DNA of 64,000 nt. It comes from an uncultured Chlamydiales bacterium (lineage in GTDB: Bacteria; Chlamydiota; Chlamydiia; Chlamydiales; Rhabdochlamydiaceae). The stretch is taken from assembly GCA_963700985.1 (NCBI GenBank), contig OY969554.1, positions 1,376,001 to 1,440,000 on the forward strand, written 5' to 3'. A program made the translations under genes and the position numbers. A model generated the notes under the pieces. It searched no databases, was not told the DNA's origin, and was given only the letters and a program-made list of their open reading frames with translations. Position 1 is the stretch's first letter. Each line of letters opens with the position of its first letter. Positions 38,308 through 48,036 of this stretch are shown one piece after another.

Positions 38308-38988
38308 TTATCTTTTTTTGAACAAAATGCAGTTTCCATTATCAATCAACTTAATCTCATCGCAAGACTCTGAAAGAAGATTCTTCGCTTTCTGCGTCCC
38401 TGGCCATAATAAATCATCGAGCCAGATGTAACCGCCAGAGCGCACCTTTGGAAGATAGAGAGTGACATCTTCTGTGGAGTTAATTTCGCTATGATTGCCG
38501 TCGATGTATAAAATATCGATAGAATCAATTTCTGAAGCTGCTTTCTGTGAGGTCGTCCTCATAGTTATGCAATAGTCCACCAACTTGTATCTCTTTAACA
38601 TGTTAAAGTAGGAAATAAAGATATTCTCCAAGTTAACATTGCCCCACCATTCCAGATGTGCTTTATCTTGGACGGGGTCGAAATCTTTGATGCACTCTAA
38701 CTTATCCCAGGGGTCAATGCCAATAATAACGCCCTGCCCCAAAAACTTTAGAGCCGAGGCAACTGGAAGAACAGAAGAGCCACCAAAAACCCCAATTTCC
38801 ACACAAACTTGGGGCTTGGTTTCTAAGACTAAGTCGATAAAATTAACCGCTTTTTCTTGGCTACACCATCCGTATAAAGTAGGAAGGATTGAACATACAC
38901 GCAGTTTGAGATCTTCGACTGTTTGTTCCGCATGCAAATTTGCAAAAGAGCAAAAAAGCAAAAAAAGGCACGAAAATATTTTTTTCAT
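38308..38988 (-). CDS. Class I SAM methyltransferase (Methyltransf_24-like), signal peptide
   Basis: VEIGVFGGSS, GIDPW, IDILYIDGNH, GGYIWLDD. Confidence 0.85.
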   Translation of the reverse strand: MKKIFSCLFLLFCSFANLHAEQTVEDLKLRVCSILPTLYGWCSQEKAVNFIDLVLETKPQVCVEIGVFGGSSVLPVASALKFLGQGVIIGIDPWDKLECIKDFDPVQDKAHLEWWGNVNLENIFISYFNMLKRYKLVDYCITMRTTSQKAASEIDSIDILYIDGNHSEINSTEDVTLYLPKVRSGGYIWLDDLLWPGTQKAKNLLSESCDEIKLIDNGNCILFKKR

Positions 38989-38998
38989 AATTTTATGG

Positions 38999-39685
38999 TT
39001 ATTTCTTTATCCAAATTCCCCAAAGGCATGAATCGCTAAACTCGGCAAACTTAGTGCAATTTGCATTCAACCACTCAATTGCGCGCCCTGTTGTATTAAC
39101 GCCATTTTCATGCCAGCTCATATCGTCAAATATGATCAGGCCGCCTTGTTTGACAAGAGGAGCCCACTTTACCACGTCAAAATAAGAGGTCTCTTCGGAG
39201 TGATTTCCATCGATGTGTAAAATCCCGATGTCGTAAATCGAGGGCGTTCCGGCTGATGTATTTTGAATCAACTCGATCTCTTTATTAAGACCAAACTGAT
39301 TAATTTTGTTAACAAGGCCTTGTTTGATTTTGTTGTGATCTAAGGAACCCCACCAAATTATATTGGCTTCATTTTGGGCTCCCACAACTGACTCAGCGCT
39401 ACTCCACGGATCAATACCATAAATTTTGCCACTACCATTCTCTTTAAGCGCACAAGCCATCGGGACGAGGGACTTACCACCAAATACACCGATTTCTACA
39501 ATTTTTTCTGGTCTGGTTTTTAGCACTAGCTCTACTAGGATAGAAGCTTTCTGTTCCGAACACCAGCCTTCGAGCTGACGCATACAAGCATAAGCTCTCT
39601 GCGTGACAACTTCTGCTCTTGGCCTATCTATAACATATTCATAATGAGATGCTGGCGGTACTTGTTGATCTTGAACATCGTACAT
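38999..39685 (-). CDS. Class I SAM methyltransferase, paralog of 38308-38988
   Basis: VEIGVFGGKS, GIDPW, LHIDGNH, GGLIIFDD; no obvious signal peptide. Confidence 0.85.
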   Translation of the reverse strand: MYDVQDQQVPPASHYEYVIDRPRAEVVTQRAYACMRQLEGWCSEQKASILVELVLKTRPEKIVEIGVFGGKSLVPMACALKENGSGKIYGIDPWSSAESVVGAQNEANIIWWGSLDHNKIKQGLVNKINQFGLNKEIELIQNTSAGTPSIYDIGILHIDGNHSEETSYFDVVKWAPLVKQGGLIIFDDMSWHENGVNTTGRAIEWLNANCTKFAEFSDSCLWGIWIKK

Positions 39686-39697
39686 ATGCTTTATTCC

Positions 39698-40627
39698 TTA
39701 TTGTTGTTTTTGATAGTTGGGAGCTCCGTTGTCTGAGAGCGCTCTAATTAATGTCGATACAACATCATCTCTTACGGTGTAGAAACGGATATCCGGAGGA
39801 AGAGTGTTATCCATGTCGTATGGAAGAAAGATGTCATAGCCTTTGAAAAAATCGAGGAGTTTTTTCATGCCCGATCGCCTTACAATCATAGAATAAGCTC
39901 CATAACGCGCGCCTATGTATCTGAAATCGGGACTTATGTCTCTTCTTTCGGCAAATTTGCGAGGATTTGTAGGAGAAAAATTAGGTCTCCAGGCAAAGGC
40001 CGTGCAAGGAACATAATTTCCTTGCTGATTTTTGGTATCGCGATCGGTAAATAGGATATCCCAACCTTCTTTCCCAACTAATCCATCCAGTTTATCGATA
40101 AGTTCAGAAAGCGCCCTAGGATCGCGAATGACTTCAATATCGTCTTCCATTACCCAAATCGTCTCATAGCCTGAATCATATGCATCTTGAAGGATAGAGA
40201 GATGACTAAGACAGATGGCAACGGCTCCTTTTGACATGCAATGACAAAAATAGGTTCTACCTGGCTTATTCACCATCTCATGATGAGGCTGACTATCTCC
40301 TTCAGGCAGATAGCAAGTCCCCATGTTTCCGGTCTTCATCCATGGGCCATACTTAACCCCGAGATTATTGAGATCCTCTAAAGAGAGATCTTCCCAGCCA
40401 TTGACTGCCGAAAATCGATAGGGGTAGATTCCATAGGGAGCTAGTTCTCTCTCGCAATGCGCAAACTTTTCTGGCCTTTTATCCAAGTTGATCACATAAA
40501 TAAAATCGATATTGCGCATCTGGTGAGAGCCAGATTTATCGGTGATCTTTTTGAAATAGTTTTCGATCTCTGCCTGCAGGCTCTGGAAACCAAATACAAA
40601 AAGCACTAAAAGAATCCTGATCATCAT
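39698..40627 (-). CDS. GT25 glycosyltransferase, signal peptide
   Basis: IYVINLDKRPEK, RFSAVNG, LSHL, VMEDD. Confidence 0.85.
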   Translation of the reverse strand: MMIRILLVLFVFGFQSLQAEIENYFKKITDKSGSHQMRNIDFIYVINLDKRPEKFAHCERELAPYGIYPYRFSAVNGWEDLSLEDLNNLGVKYGPWMKTGNMGTCYLPEGDSQPHHEMVNKPGRTYFCHCMSKGAVAICLSHLSILQDAYDSGYETIWVMEDDIEVIRDPRALSELIDKLDGLVGKEGWDILFTDRDTKNQQGNYVPCTAFAWRPNFSPTNPRKFAERRDISPDFRYIGARYGAYSMIVRRSGMKKLLDFFKGYDIFLPYDMDNTLPPDIRFYTVRDDVVSTLIRALSDNGAPNYQKQQ

Positions 40628-40919
40628 TTGCTCCCCTTGATCATCATGTCTCTGGTTACGCGCATATTTAAGATTTTATTAAGAGGAGGGTATTTTTAGC
40701 ATTCCATTCTACTTTTGTAAATCTTTTTTAAATCCTCTCTTGAAAAACCTTGGGTGAAGTAACTAATCCAAATATCAACACACACACCGTTTTTCTTAGA
40801 TCTTGTATTTTTTCTGAAACCTTACTTCTTGAAATTAAATAATTTACAAAGCATGAAATAACTGATAAAGAGGAAATTAGGTCCCTCAATCCAAGGGGCT
40901 AAGGAGTCGTTTTGATCAG

Positions 40920-42125
40920 TTGAAACGCTTGATTTTGTATGCTTACTTTCTTAGTTTTCCTTGGCTTGCATGCTCAGTTGAGACCATGCCTAAGGACCTT
41001 TATTCTCTTGAGGACCAAGAAAAATTTCTCTTCTGCGGGAGCCCAAAAATCAGTGTTGAGTCGAATTATTTAGCCTTTCAAGACTTCATCGAAAGACCTG
41101 CCATTGCCAAAAGCGTAGTCCCTTTAATCGGAGCAAACGAAGCCTACATGCTTGCAGCAATGGGCCCCAGAGGGCCAAATTTATACTACGATTACTTCGA
41201 AGAGTGGCTGGAAGCGCATCCAGACATCGCTTTCTGGATGGAGCACGCCGGAGAAAAAGCTGCAGATCTCGTCAGAAAACCGCTTTATTTACGCCAAGGC
41301 ATTACATCTAGTCCACCTCCTGAGCCGATGCGCAACAATGGTTGGCCCATTCCAAAACGCATTACTGTACGTGACATCGAAAGAGGCGGCATTGGCTACA
41401 AAAAAGGCTATGCCACACTGGAAATGCTCTTTGCACCGGTATATCTTAATGGCAACTTCATGCCGATGTTGGATTTAAGAGGCCACCATCTGCATAACGA
41501 TGAATATGCGGGAAATGTTGGCTTGATTGGAAGATACATGAGCGACTCTAAGTGCCGAGTTTTTGGACTTAACGCCTATTATGATTTTCGCCAGGGTTGC
41601 TTAGGAAATTACAACCAGGTCGGGGGTGGATTAGAAATCTTAGGCAGAAGATGGGACTTCCATCTCAATAGCTACTTCCCTCTTGGAAAACATGAACATA
41701 ATCTCGGCTGTATATTCGATGATTACGAAGGAGATTATTATGCGATCTTCAATAAAAAAGAGTTCTCGTTTTGGGGAGGAAATGCGGAGCTGGGATACTA
41801 TCCTGTAAAGTCGAAGAATTTCCTTCTTTATCTCTCAGCGGGCCCGTATCTCATATCTGGAAAAGAAAACTTTGAAGCTTGGGGAGGAAAAGCCCATCTT
41901 CGACCTCAATTCAGAGACTATCTCGCTCTGGATTTCAGTGTAAGCTACGACCATATTTTCCAGACAAACTATCAAGGCGAGATTATCGTCAACGTGCCTC
42001 TCTACCTCTTCTACTCTAAGAAAAAAGCTCGATCTTGCATCTCTGAGCGCCGCATATATCAACCAGTGCAACGCTTTGAAATTATCCCTCTCAAAAAGCG
42101 CCGCTACTGGGAATCGAACTTCTAA
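40920..42125 (+). CDS. Inverse autotransporter (intimin/invasin-type) beta-barrel protein without passenger
   Basis: AGNVGLIGRY, FGLNAYYDFR, QVGGGLE, DFHLNSYFPLG, IYQPVQR. Confidence 0.75.
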   Translation: MKRLILYAYFLSFPWLACSVETMPKDLYSLEDQEKFLFCGSPKISVESNYLAFQDFIERPAIAKSVVPLIGANEAYMLAAMGPRGPNLYYDYFEEWLEAHPDIAFWMEHAGEKAADLVRKPLYLRQGITSSPPPEPMRNNGWPIPKRITVRDIERGGIGYKKGYATLEMLFAPVYLNGNFMPMLDLRGHHLHNDEYAGNVGLIGRYMSDSKCRVFGLNAYYDFRQGCLGNYNQVGGGLEILGRRWDFHLNSYFPLGKHEHNLGCIFDDYEGDYYAIFNKKEFSFWGGNAELGYYPVKSKNFLLYLSAGPYLISGKENFEAWGGKAHLRPQFRDYLALDFSVSYDHIFQTNYQGEIIVNVPLYLFYSKKKARSCISERRIYQPVQRFEIIPLKKRRYWESNF

Positions 42126-42154
42126 GAAGAAGCATGATAGCTTCGAGCCACATT

Positions 42155-43093
42155 CTAGGGGCTTTTTTGGTAATTGGGGCCTCCGTTATCCGAAAGCGCT
42201 TTGATCTGTGTCGATACCACATCATTGTTTACTGTGTATAAACGAATTCCAGGAACTAGGGGCAGATCCATATCAAAAGGAAGGAAAATGTCGTATGCTT
42301 TGAAATACTCTAGAATTTTCCTCATGCCTTTGCGCCGCACTATGTAAGAATAGTTACCAAAACGGGCGCCAATACGTCTAAAAAAAGCGTCAATTTTTTC
42401 ATTCTTAGCAGCTTTTTTAGGTTTTAAAGGAGTGAAGTTAGGCCTCCACGCATAAGTTGTAGAGGGAACGTATCTTCCCTGCTGGTTTTTGGTGTCGCGA
42501 TCGGTAAATAAAACATCCCACCTATCCTTTCCAACTAGGGCATCGAGCTTATCAATAAAAGTAGAGATAAGATGGGGATCTCGAATGATGTCAATATCAT
42601 CCTCCATGATCCAAACCGTTTCATAGCCAGAATCATAAGCATCTTGAAGGATCGAAAGATGACTTAATGAAATACCCACCGCGCCTCTCGACATGCAATG
42701 GCAAAAATAGGTCCTTCCTAGCTTATTCACCATCTCATGATGGGGCTGACCATTTCCATTTGGCAGATAACAAGTTCCCATTTTTTCACTTGTCATTCCC
42801 CTAGCAAATTTAACACCGAGATCATTAAGAGCTTCTAATGAGAGCTCCCACCCATTAACGGCAGAAAAACGATGAGGATAGATTCCGTAAGGGGTTAACT
42901 GCTCTACGCAAGATGCAAACTTTTCAGGTCTCTGATCTAAATTGATCACATAAATAAAATCGATGTTTCGCATTGGGCGCACACCTGTCTTATGCTCCAC
43001 CGTTTTTAGGTGATCTTCAACACGAGCACTAAGATTTAGGAAACTAAAAATGCAGAGTAAAAACAACAATCGGAATAACATTTGTACCTTCAA
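42155..43093 (-). CDS. GT25 glycosyltransferase, signal peptide
   Basis: IYVINLDQRPEK, RFSAVNG, LSHL, IMEDD; close paralog of 39698-40627. Confidence 0.85.
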   Translation of the reverse strand: MKVQMLFRLLFLLCIFSFLNLSARVEDHLKTVEHKTGVRPMRNIDFIYVINLDQRPEKFASCVEQLTPYGIYPHRFSAVNGWELSLEALNDLGVKFARGMTSEKMGTCYLPNGNGQPHHEMVNKLGRTYFCHCMSRGAVGISLSHLSILQDAYDSGYETVWIMEDDIDIIRDPHLISTFIDKLDALVGKDRWDVLFTDRDTKNQQGRYVPSTTYAWRPNFTPLKPKKAAKNEKIDAFFRRIGARFGNYSYIVRRKGMRKILEYFKAYDIFLPFDMDLPLVPGIRLYTVNNDVVSTQIKALSDNGGPNYQKSP

Positions 43094-43105
43094 TTTAACT
43101 TTGAC

Positions 43106-44209
43106 CTAGGCAAAAGTTGTTTTTAGTTTTTTTTCTTTTTCTGACCGAGCTAAGGCGGATTCAATAAGACAATCTACTACCTTTGAAAAAGAAACCCCGC
43201 TGACTTCCCAGAGCTTGGGATACATGCTCGTATTGGTAAAGCCGGGGATGGTGTTGATCTCATTCACATACACAGAACCATCTTGTTTCAAAAAGAGATC
43301 GAGCCGCGCTAAACCTTCGCAGCAGAGGGTTTTATAAGCGCGTAAAGTGATCTCTTGCACGCGTTTTGTAGTCGCAGCATCTACCGGTGCTGGCAATTTT
43401 AAAACTGTGCCACTATCTGAAATATATTTAGCTTCATACGAATAAAACTCATCTTGGGGGATAACTTCTCCCGGCAGAGACACTTTCAATTCGTGACCGT
43501 CTGCTAAAACGCAACACTCGAGCTCCCGCCCATCGATGAACTCTTCCAGGAGAATTTTATGATCATATAAGAAAGCTTTCTGCAGTGCAGCGTCATATTC
43601 TTCCTGGTTGCGCACTTTTGAGACGCCGACAGAAGAGCCTAAGTTTGCAGGCTTTACAAAGATCGGCAGGCCAAGCTCTTTAACAGCTTCCTCGAAACTC
43701 AACGACTCACTTGCGTCTAAGCAGATGAATTTGCCAATATTTAACTTGGCATCACGCAATAGCCGCTTCATGACATCTTTGTCCATGCCCACTGCAGAAC
43801 CTAAGATACCTGCGCCAACAAATGGAACTCCGGCCATGCGAAAAAGACCTTGAATTGCGCCATCCTCTCCATAGGTTCCATGCAGCACAGGAAAGATTAC
43901 ATCGAGAGGTTCGGACAATCCTTTCTGTGACAAACTTACGAGATTCTTATTTTGCGGTTGGGCTACCAGGGCCACTTGATCTCGAGCACCATGTAGACAT
44001 ACTTTCTTGGGATTATCCGCATTGAGAAGGTATTGGTAAGCATCGCGAACATGCCACTCACCATTTTTGTCGATTCCAATCAGAACAGGTTCATATCTAT
44101 CTTTATCTAGAGCATCTATCACATTCTTAGCCGAGAGAAGAGAAATCTCATGTTCTGCTGATCTACCGCCAAAAACTACACCGACTCGAATTTTGCGTTG
44201 CATACCCAT
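43106..44209 (-). CDS. ddl: D-alanine--D-alanine ligase
   Basis: [42 protein letters not shown]. Confidence 0.96.
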   Translation of the reverse strand: MGMQRKIRVGVVFGGRSAEHEISLLSAKNVIDALDKDRYEPVLIGIDKNGEWHVRDAYQYLLNADNPKKVCLHGARDQVALVAQPQNKNLVSLSQKGLSEPLDVIFPVLHGTYGEDGAIQGLFRMAGVPFVGAGILGSAVGMDKDVMKRLLRDAKLNIGKFICLDASESLSFEEAVKELGLPIFVKPANLGSSVGVSKVRNQEEYDAALQKAFLYDHKILLEEFIDGRELECCVLADGHELKVSLPGEVIPQDEFYSYEAKYISDSGTVLKLPAPVDAATTKRVQEITLRAYKTLCCEGLARLDLFLKQDGSVYVNEINTIPGFTNTSMYPKLWEVSGVSFSKVVDCLIESALARSEKEKKLKTTFA

Positions 44210-44328
44210 CTTCCCACTCCTAGTTGAAGTCTGAATCTGGTATTATTACGACTTTATAGAATTTCAGCATAGACCCATGCACTCTTTAATAGACTTATGC
44301 ATAGAGCAAAGCTGCTAAGTTTAAAAAA

Positions 44329-44414
44329 AACAGGATCCGCAGGATCAGGCAAGATATAGAGGGTAGATAAAATATCCTACGTATCCTAGCGCTTGCGATC
44401 CTGCATATCCTGTT
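44329..44414. repeat. Palindromic dispersed repeat, copy 1
   Basis: aacaggat..gcaggatc..gatcctgc..atcctgtt; second copy at 60920-60995. Confidence 0.8.
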
Positions 44415-44422
44415 AAATAGGT

Positions 44423-45529
44423 ATGATGAACAAGATTTTACATATTGCGAATACGAATTTGGAGTGGGAGCTGACGCAGAAAAGCGTCACACCGCTATCT
44501 CTTGCGCTCGAAAAAAATGCTATTTTCATGCAATTGCAGTTTCTGCCTTTTTTATTTGCCCATGAAAGTGATGGAGTATGCGTCACAGCTCCACCTGGGG
44601 AAGAATTTTTGAAAGGGCTGGAAAGCTTGCATATTACCCCTCCTAAGTTACACTTGCTCTCCGAAGAGAGTTTCTCTGCTTATGAGAAGATAGAATCTTG
44701 GGGATCATCTCTAAGCGTGGGTCAATGGGCTAAAACCCACTCCCTTACTTATCCTATGCCAAGCTGGCAGATCGTAGAACAGGTGAACTCAAAACTCTTC
44801 TCCTTTTCTTCTGCACCAAAATTACCTGGCGCTAAACTTCTATATGATGAAAAAGAAGTCTGGGGTTGGATTGAACAAGCGGCTACACCCGTTGTTTTTA
44901 AAACTTGTTTTGGCGTCTCAGGGCAAGGTCACTTTATCTGGGATAAAGCAGCCGCACCTGATCCTCAAAGGCTGAAGCGTTTCTTAGACCGCGAGTGGCA
45001 GGAGAAAAGACCGGTAATTGGCGAGCCTTGGGTTAAAAGAGTCTTAGACTTTAGCACTCAATGGAAAATCGGCGCTCAAATCCACTATCTCGGCTCAACG
45101 CTTTGCGAAACAAGCGACAAGGGCGTTCACAAGCAAAATATAGTTGGCGAAGAGAGTCTTATATTTGGGGAGATGATCTCATTTTTGTACGCGCATAAGG
45201 AAATTGTGCGCCCAATTCTAGAACAGATGCAAACTTTGGGCTATTTTGGCCATGTGGGCATCGATGCACTGCTTTACCAAGATGAAAAAAATGGCGGCAA
45301 GATTCTTTTGCATCCAATCGTGGAGATCAATGCACGCAAAACAATGGGTTGGACTGCATTAGAAATCCGACGCAAACATTTTGCAAATCAGATTCTTGCA
45401 TTGCAATATCTCCCTCACACGCCCTCAATGCACAACCTGCTTCCCTCTGCACTTATTTCATCACGCGGCAAGCAGATACATTTTCCGCGCGCATTAAAGG
45501 TGTTTACTTTTAATTGTTTTTGCCGGTAA
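44423..45529 (+). CDS. ATP-grasp fold protein of unknown specificity
   Basis: VNSK, VFKTCFGVSGQG, EPWV, GYFGHVGIDA, VEINARKTMG. Confidence 0.7.
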   Translation: MMNKILHIANTNLEWELTQKSVTPLSLALEKNAIFMQLQFLPFLFAHESDGVCVTAPPGEEFLKGLESLHITPPKLHLLSEESFSAYEKIESWGSSLSVGQWAKTHSLTYPMPSWQIVEQVNSKLFSFSSAPKLPGAKLLYDEKEVWGWIEQAATPVVFKTCFGVSGQGHFIWDKAAAPDPQRLKRFLDREWQEKRPVIGEPWVKRVLDFSTQWKIGAQIHYLGSTLCETSDKGVHKQNIVGEESLIFGEMISFLYAHKEIVRPILEQMQTLGYFGHVGIDALLYQDEKNGGKILLHPIVEINARKTMGWTALEIRRKHFANQILALQYLPHTPSMHNLLPSALISSRGKQIHFPRALKVFTFNCFCR

Positions 45530-45561
45530 CAATAGAGGTAGAATAGCGTGCGCAGGGTTAA

Positions 45562-46956
45562 ATGGACGTCATCAAGATCAAAGGTGGAATTCCACTCGAA
45601 GGAACAGTGAAAGCCGCCGGCGCAAAAAACGCTGTGACCAAAATTCTCGTCGCGTCTCTCCTCTCGGATAAGCGCTGCACTCTTTACAACGTACCCAATA
45701 TTGCAGAAGTTGAAGTTACCGTTGATCTTTGCGAAGAGATCGGCAGCGAAGTGCATTGGGATAGAAAAGAGGGCGTGATTGAAATCGTCACCAAAAGCCT
45801 TAAGACCACGTATGTCCCACAACGCTTTTCAGGCTCTAACCGAATTCCCATTCTAATGATCGGTGCGTTACTTGGAAGAACCGATGAAGACATCATCGTT
45901 CCTACTGCAGGCGGCTGTAAGATTGGCAAAAGACCCGTAGATTTTCACATCAGTGCGCTGGAAAAATTGGGCGCGACTATCGAATACCGTGAGATGAAAA
46001 AAGAAGGCGCTTATTTTGCACGGGCCCATCAAGGATTAAAAGGCTCGGTAATCCAGCTGCCTTATCCTTCTGTTGGCGCTACTGAAAATGCGATCCTGGC
46101 AGCAGCAAGAGCTAAAGGCAGTACCGTAATCAAAAATGCTGCGATGGAACCTGAGATCATCGACCTCATTCTCTTTTTGCAGAAGCTCGGCGTAATCATC
46201 TCTATCGACATCGACCGTACAATTAATATCCAAGAGACCACTAAATTCTTCGAAGCAGAACACACTATCGTAACGGACCGAATTGAAGCCGCTTCGCTTG
46301 GTATGGCCGCAATTAGCACGAAAGGAAAAGTGTTTGTCGAAGGTGCCCAGCATCAAAACATGCTTACCTTTCTAAATAAGCTGCGTAGGATCGGTGCGGG
46401 TTTCCATGTGAAGAATCAAGGCATCGAATTTTTCTATCAAGGCCCACTAAAAGGGGGCATCCTGCTGGAAACTGACGTCTATCCAGGCTTTCTCACCGAC
46501 TGGCAGCAACCATTTGTGGTATTGCTCACACAAGCCGAAGGCTGCTCTATCGTCCATGAGACAGTCTATGAGAATCGCTTTGGTTACACAGAAGTTTTAA
46601 AGGAGATGGGAGCAGACATCGAACTTTTTACTCAATGTTTAGGAGCTCGTCCTTGCCGTTTTGCTGGACATAACTTCCACCATAACGCGATTATCAAAGG
46701 AATCACTCCTCTTTCTTCCAAAGATTTCGCTATTCCAGATTTGCGCGGCGGATTCGCCTACGTAATGGCTGCACTTATTGCACCTGATACTAGCACCTTA
46801 TCAAGAGTCGACTTCCTCGATCGAGGTTATGAAAACCTCGTGGGCAAACTCGCTTCTCTAGGGGCAGATATCTCTCGCTCACCTGATACTGCACCCGCAA
46901 CACGTGAAACACCCGTTAAGCTTTCTCAAATATCACAAGCCGCCCTGAAAGAATAA
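45562..46956 (+). CDS. murA: UDP-GlcNAc 1-carboxyvinyltransferase
   Basis: GAKNA, GGCKIGKRPVDFH, SVGATEN, DRIEA, PGFLTDWQ, ENRF, DRGYE. Confidence 0.96.
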   Translation: MDVIKIKGGIPLEGTVKAAGAKNAVTKILVASLLSDKRCTLYNVPNIAEVEVTVDLCEEIGSEVHWDRKEGVIEIVTKSLKTTYVPQRFSGSNRIPILMIGALLGRTDEDIIVPTAGGCKIGKRPVDFHISALEKLGATIEYREMKKEGAYFARAHQGLKGSVIQLPYPSVGATENAILAAARAKGSTVIKNAAMEPEIIDLILFLQKLGVIISIDIDRTINIQETTKFFEAEHTIVTDRIEAASLGMAAISTKGKVFVEGAQHQNMLTFLNKLRRIGAGFHVKNQGIEFFYQGPLKGGILLETDVYPGFLTDWQQPFVVLLTQAEGCSIVHETVYENRFGYTEVLKEMGADIELFTQCLGARPCRFAGHNFHHNAIIKGITPLSSKDFAIPDLRGGFAYVMAALIAPDTSTLSRVDFLDRGYENLVGKLASLGADISRSPDTAPATRETPVKLSQISQAALKE

Positions 46957-46962
46957 CCTTTC

Positions 46963-47946
46963 TTAGAGGGTATTCAATAGCAAGGTCTTCTCGGTTTTTC
47001 CGGGAATTTCGCGCACATACTTAGGAACAGCATAGCCTGAAAGCGCACTGCTGATTTGCGCAATGAGCTCTCTTCCTTTCTCTTCTTCCACTTCAAAGTG
47101 CGCACCGCCCTCCACTTTGTCTAGCTGATGCAGATAGTAGGGAAGGATACCGTGATCGGCCAGAAGCTGCATGAGCTCTTTGAGCGTTTCAGGAGCATCA
47201 TTGATGTTCTTTAAAAGCACGGCTTGATTAAGCACGGGAATGCCAAGCATTTGGATAGACTTAAGCGCTTGGAAGATCTCGCCATCGAGCTCTTTGGGAT
47301 GGTTACAGTGAAGTACAAAGAAGGTCTGCAGGCGGCACTCTTTTAAGATTTTGAGAAAGCCCTCATCGATTCTCTCCGGAATCCCAACCGGGAAGCGCGT
47401 GTGAAAGCGCAGACGTTTGAGATGAGGAATAAGCGCTAATCTTTGGATGAGGTGACCAAGCTGTTCGTTGCTAAGAGATAAAGGATCGCCCCCACTCAGA
47501 ATGATCTCAGAAAGTGAGGAGTCTTGCTCAAGAATCTCCAGCTCTTTTTCAAAAAAATTCTCGTTCTCTAAATAGTCAAAGTTACTGCGGAAGCAGAATC
47601 TACAGTGCATAGCGCAAGCTGTGGTAGTGAGTAGCAGCGCCCGTCCCTCATACTTTTGCAATAGCCTCTTCTCTTTACGAAAGGTGGCATCTTGCACAGG
47701 ATCAGTGCAAAAACCCGGCGCACTTATATTCTTTTCGGCTCTTAGAGGCACAAATTGAAGAAAAAGAGGGTCATCTAAACTATTTTTGGCCATCTTTTGC
47801 GCCAGGCGCATCGGCACATTCAAAGGAAAGCGCGGATTTATAAGCACTTCCTCTCGCAAAGACGCCTCCATTTCCAGGAAGTCTAAAAGAGCAGAACAGT
47901 TAGTAAAATTTTGGCGTTGAACCATTCGCCAATGAGGAATCTCCAT
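46963..47946 (-). CDS. epmB: KamA/EpmB-family radical SAM lysine 2,3-aminomutase
   Basis: CAMHCRFCFR, LSGGDPL, HTRFP, NQAVLL, PYYLHQLD. Confidence 0.85.
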   Translation of the reverse strand: MEIPHWRMVQRQNFTNCSALLDFLEMEASLREEVLINPRFPLNVPMRLAQKMAKNSLDDPLFLQFVPLRAEKNISAPGFCTDPVQDATFRKEKRLLQKYEGRALLLTTTACAMHCRFCFRSNFDYLENENFFEKELEILEQDSSLSEIILSGGDPLSLSNEQLGHLIQRLALIPHLKRLRFHTRFPVGIPERIDEGFLKILKECRLQTFFVLHCNHPKELDGEIFQALKSIQMLGIPVLNQAVLLKNINDAPETLKELMQLLADHGILPYYLHQLDKVEGGAHFEVEEEKGRELIAQISSALSGYAVPKYVREIPGKTEKTLLLNTL

Positions 47947-48036
47947 AGAGAAGAAATTCTAATGTGTAGAAGATTGGAAGTCAAAGCTCTTTAAAATACT
48001 GTTGATTATAGCGTTCCAGAAAATTTAATTTTTGAT

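Noticed and set aside
46963-47946. Radical SAM gene as a RiPP maturase
   Set aside because: KamA/EpmB motifs and 13 kb away from the precursors
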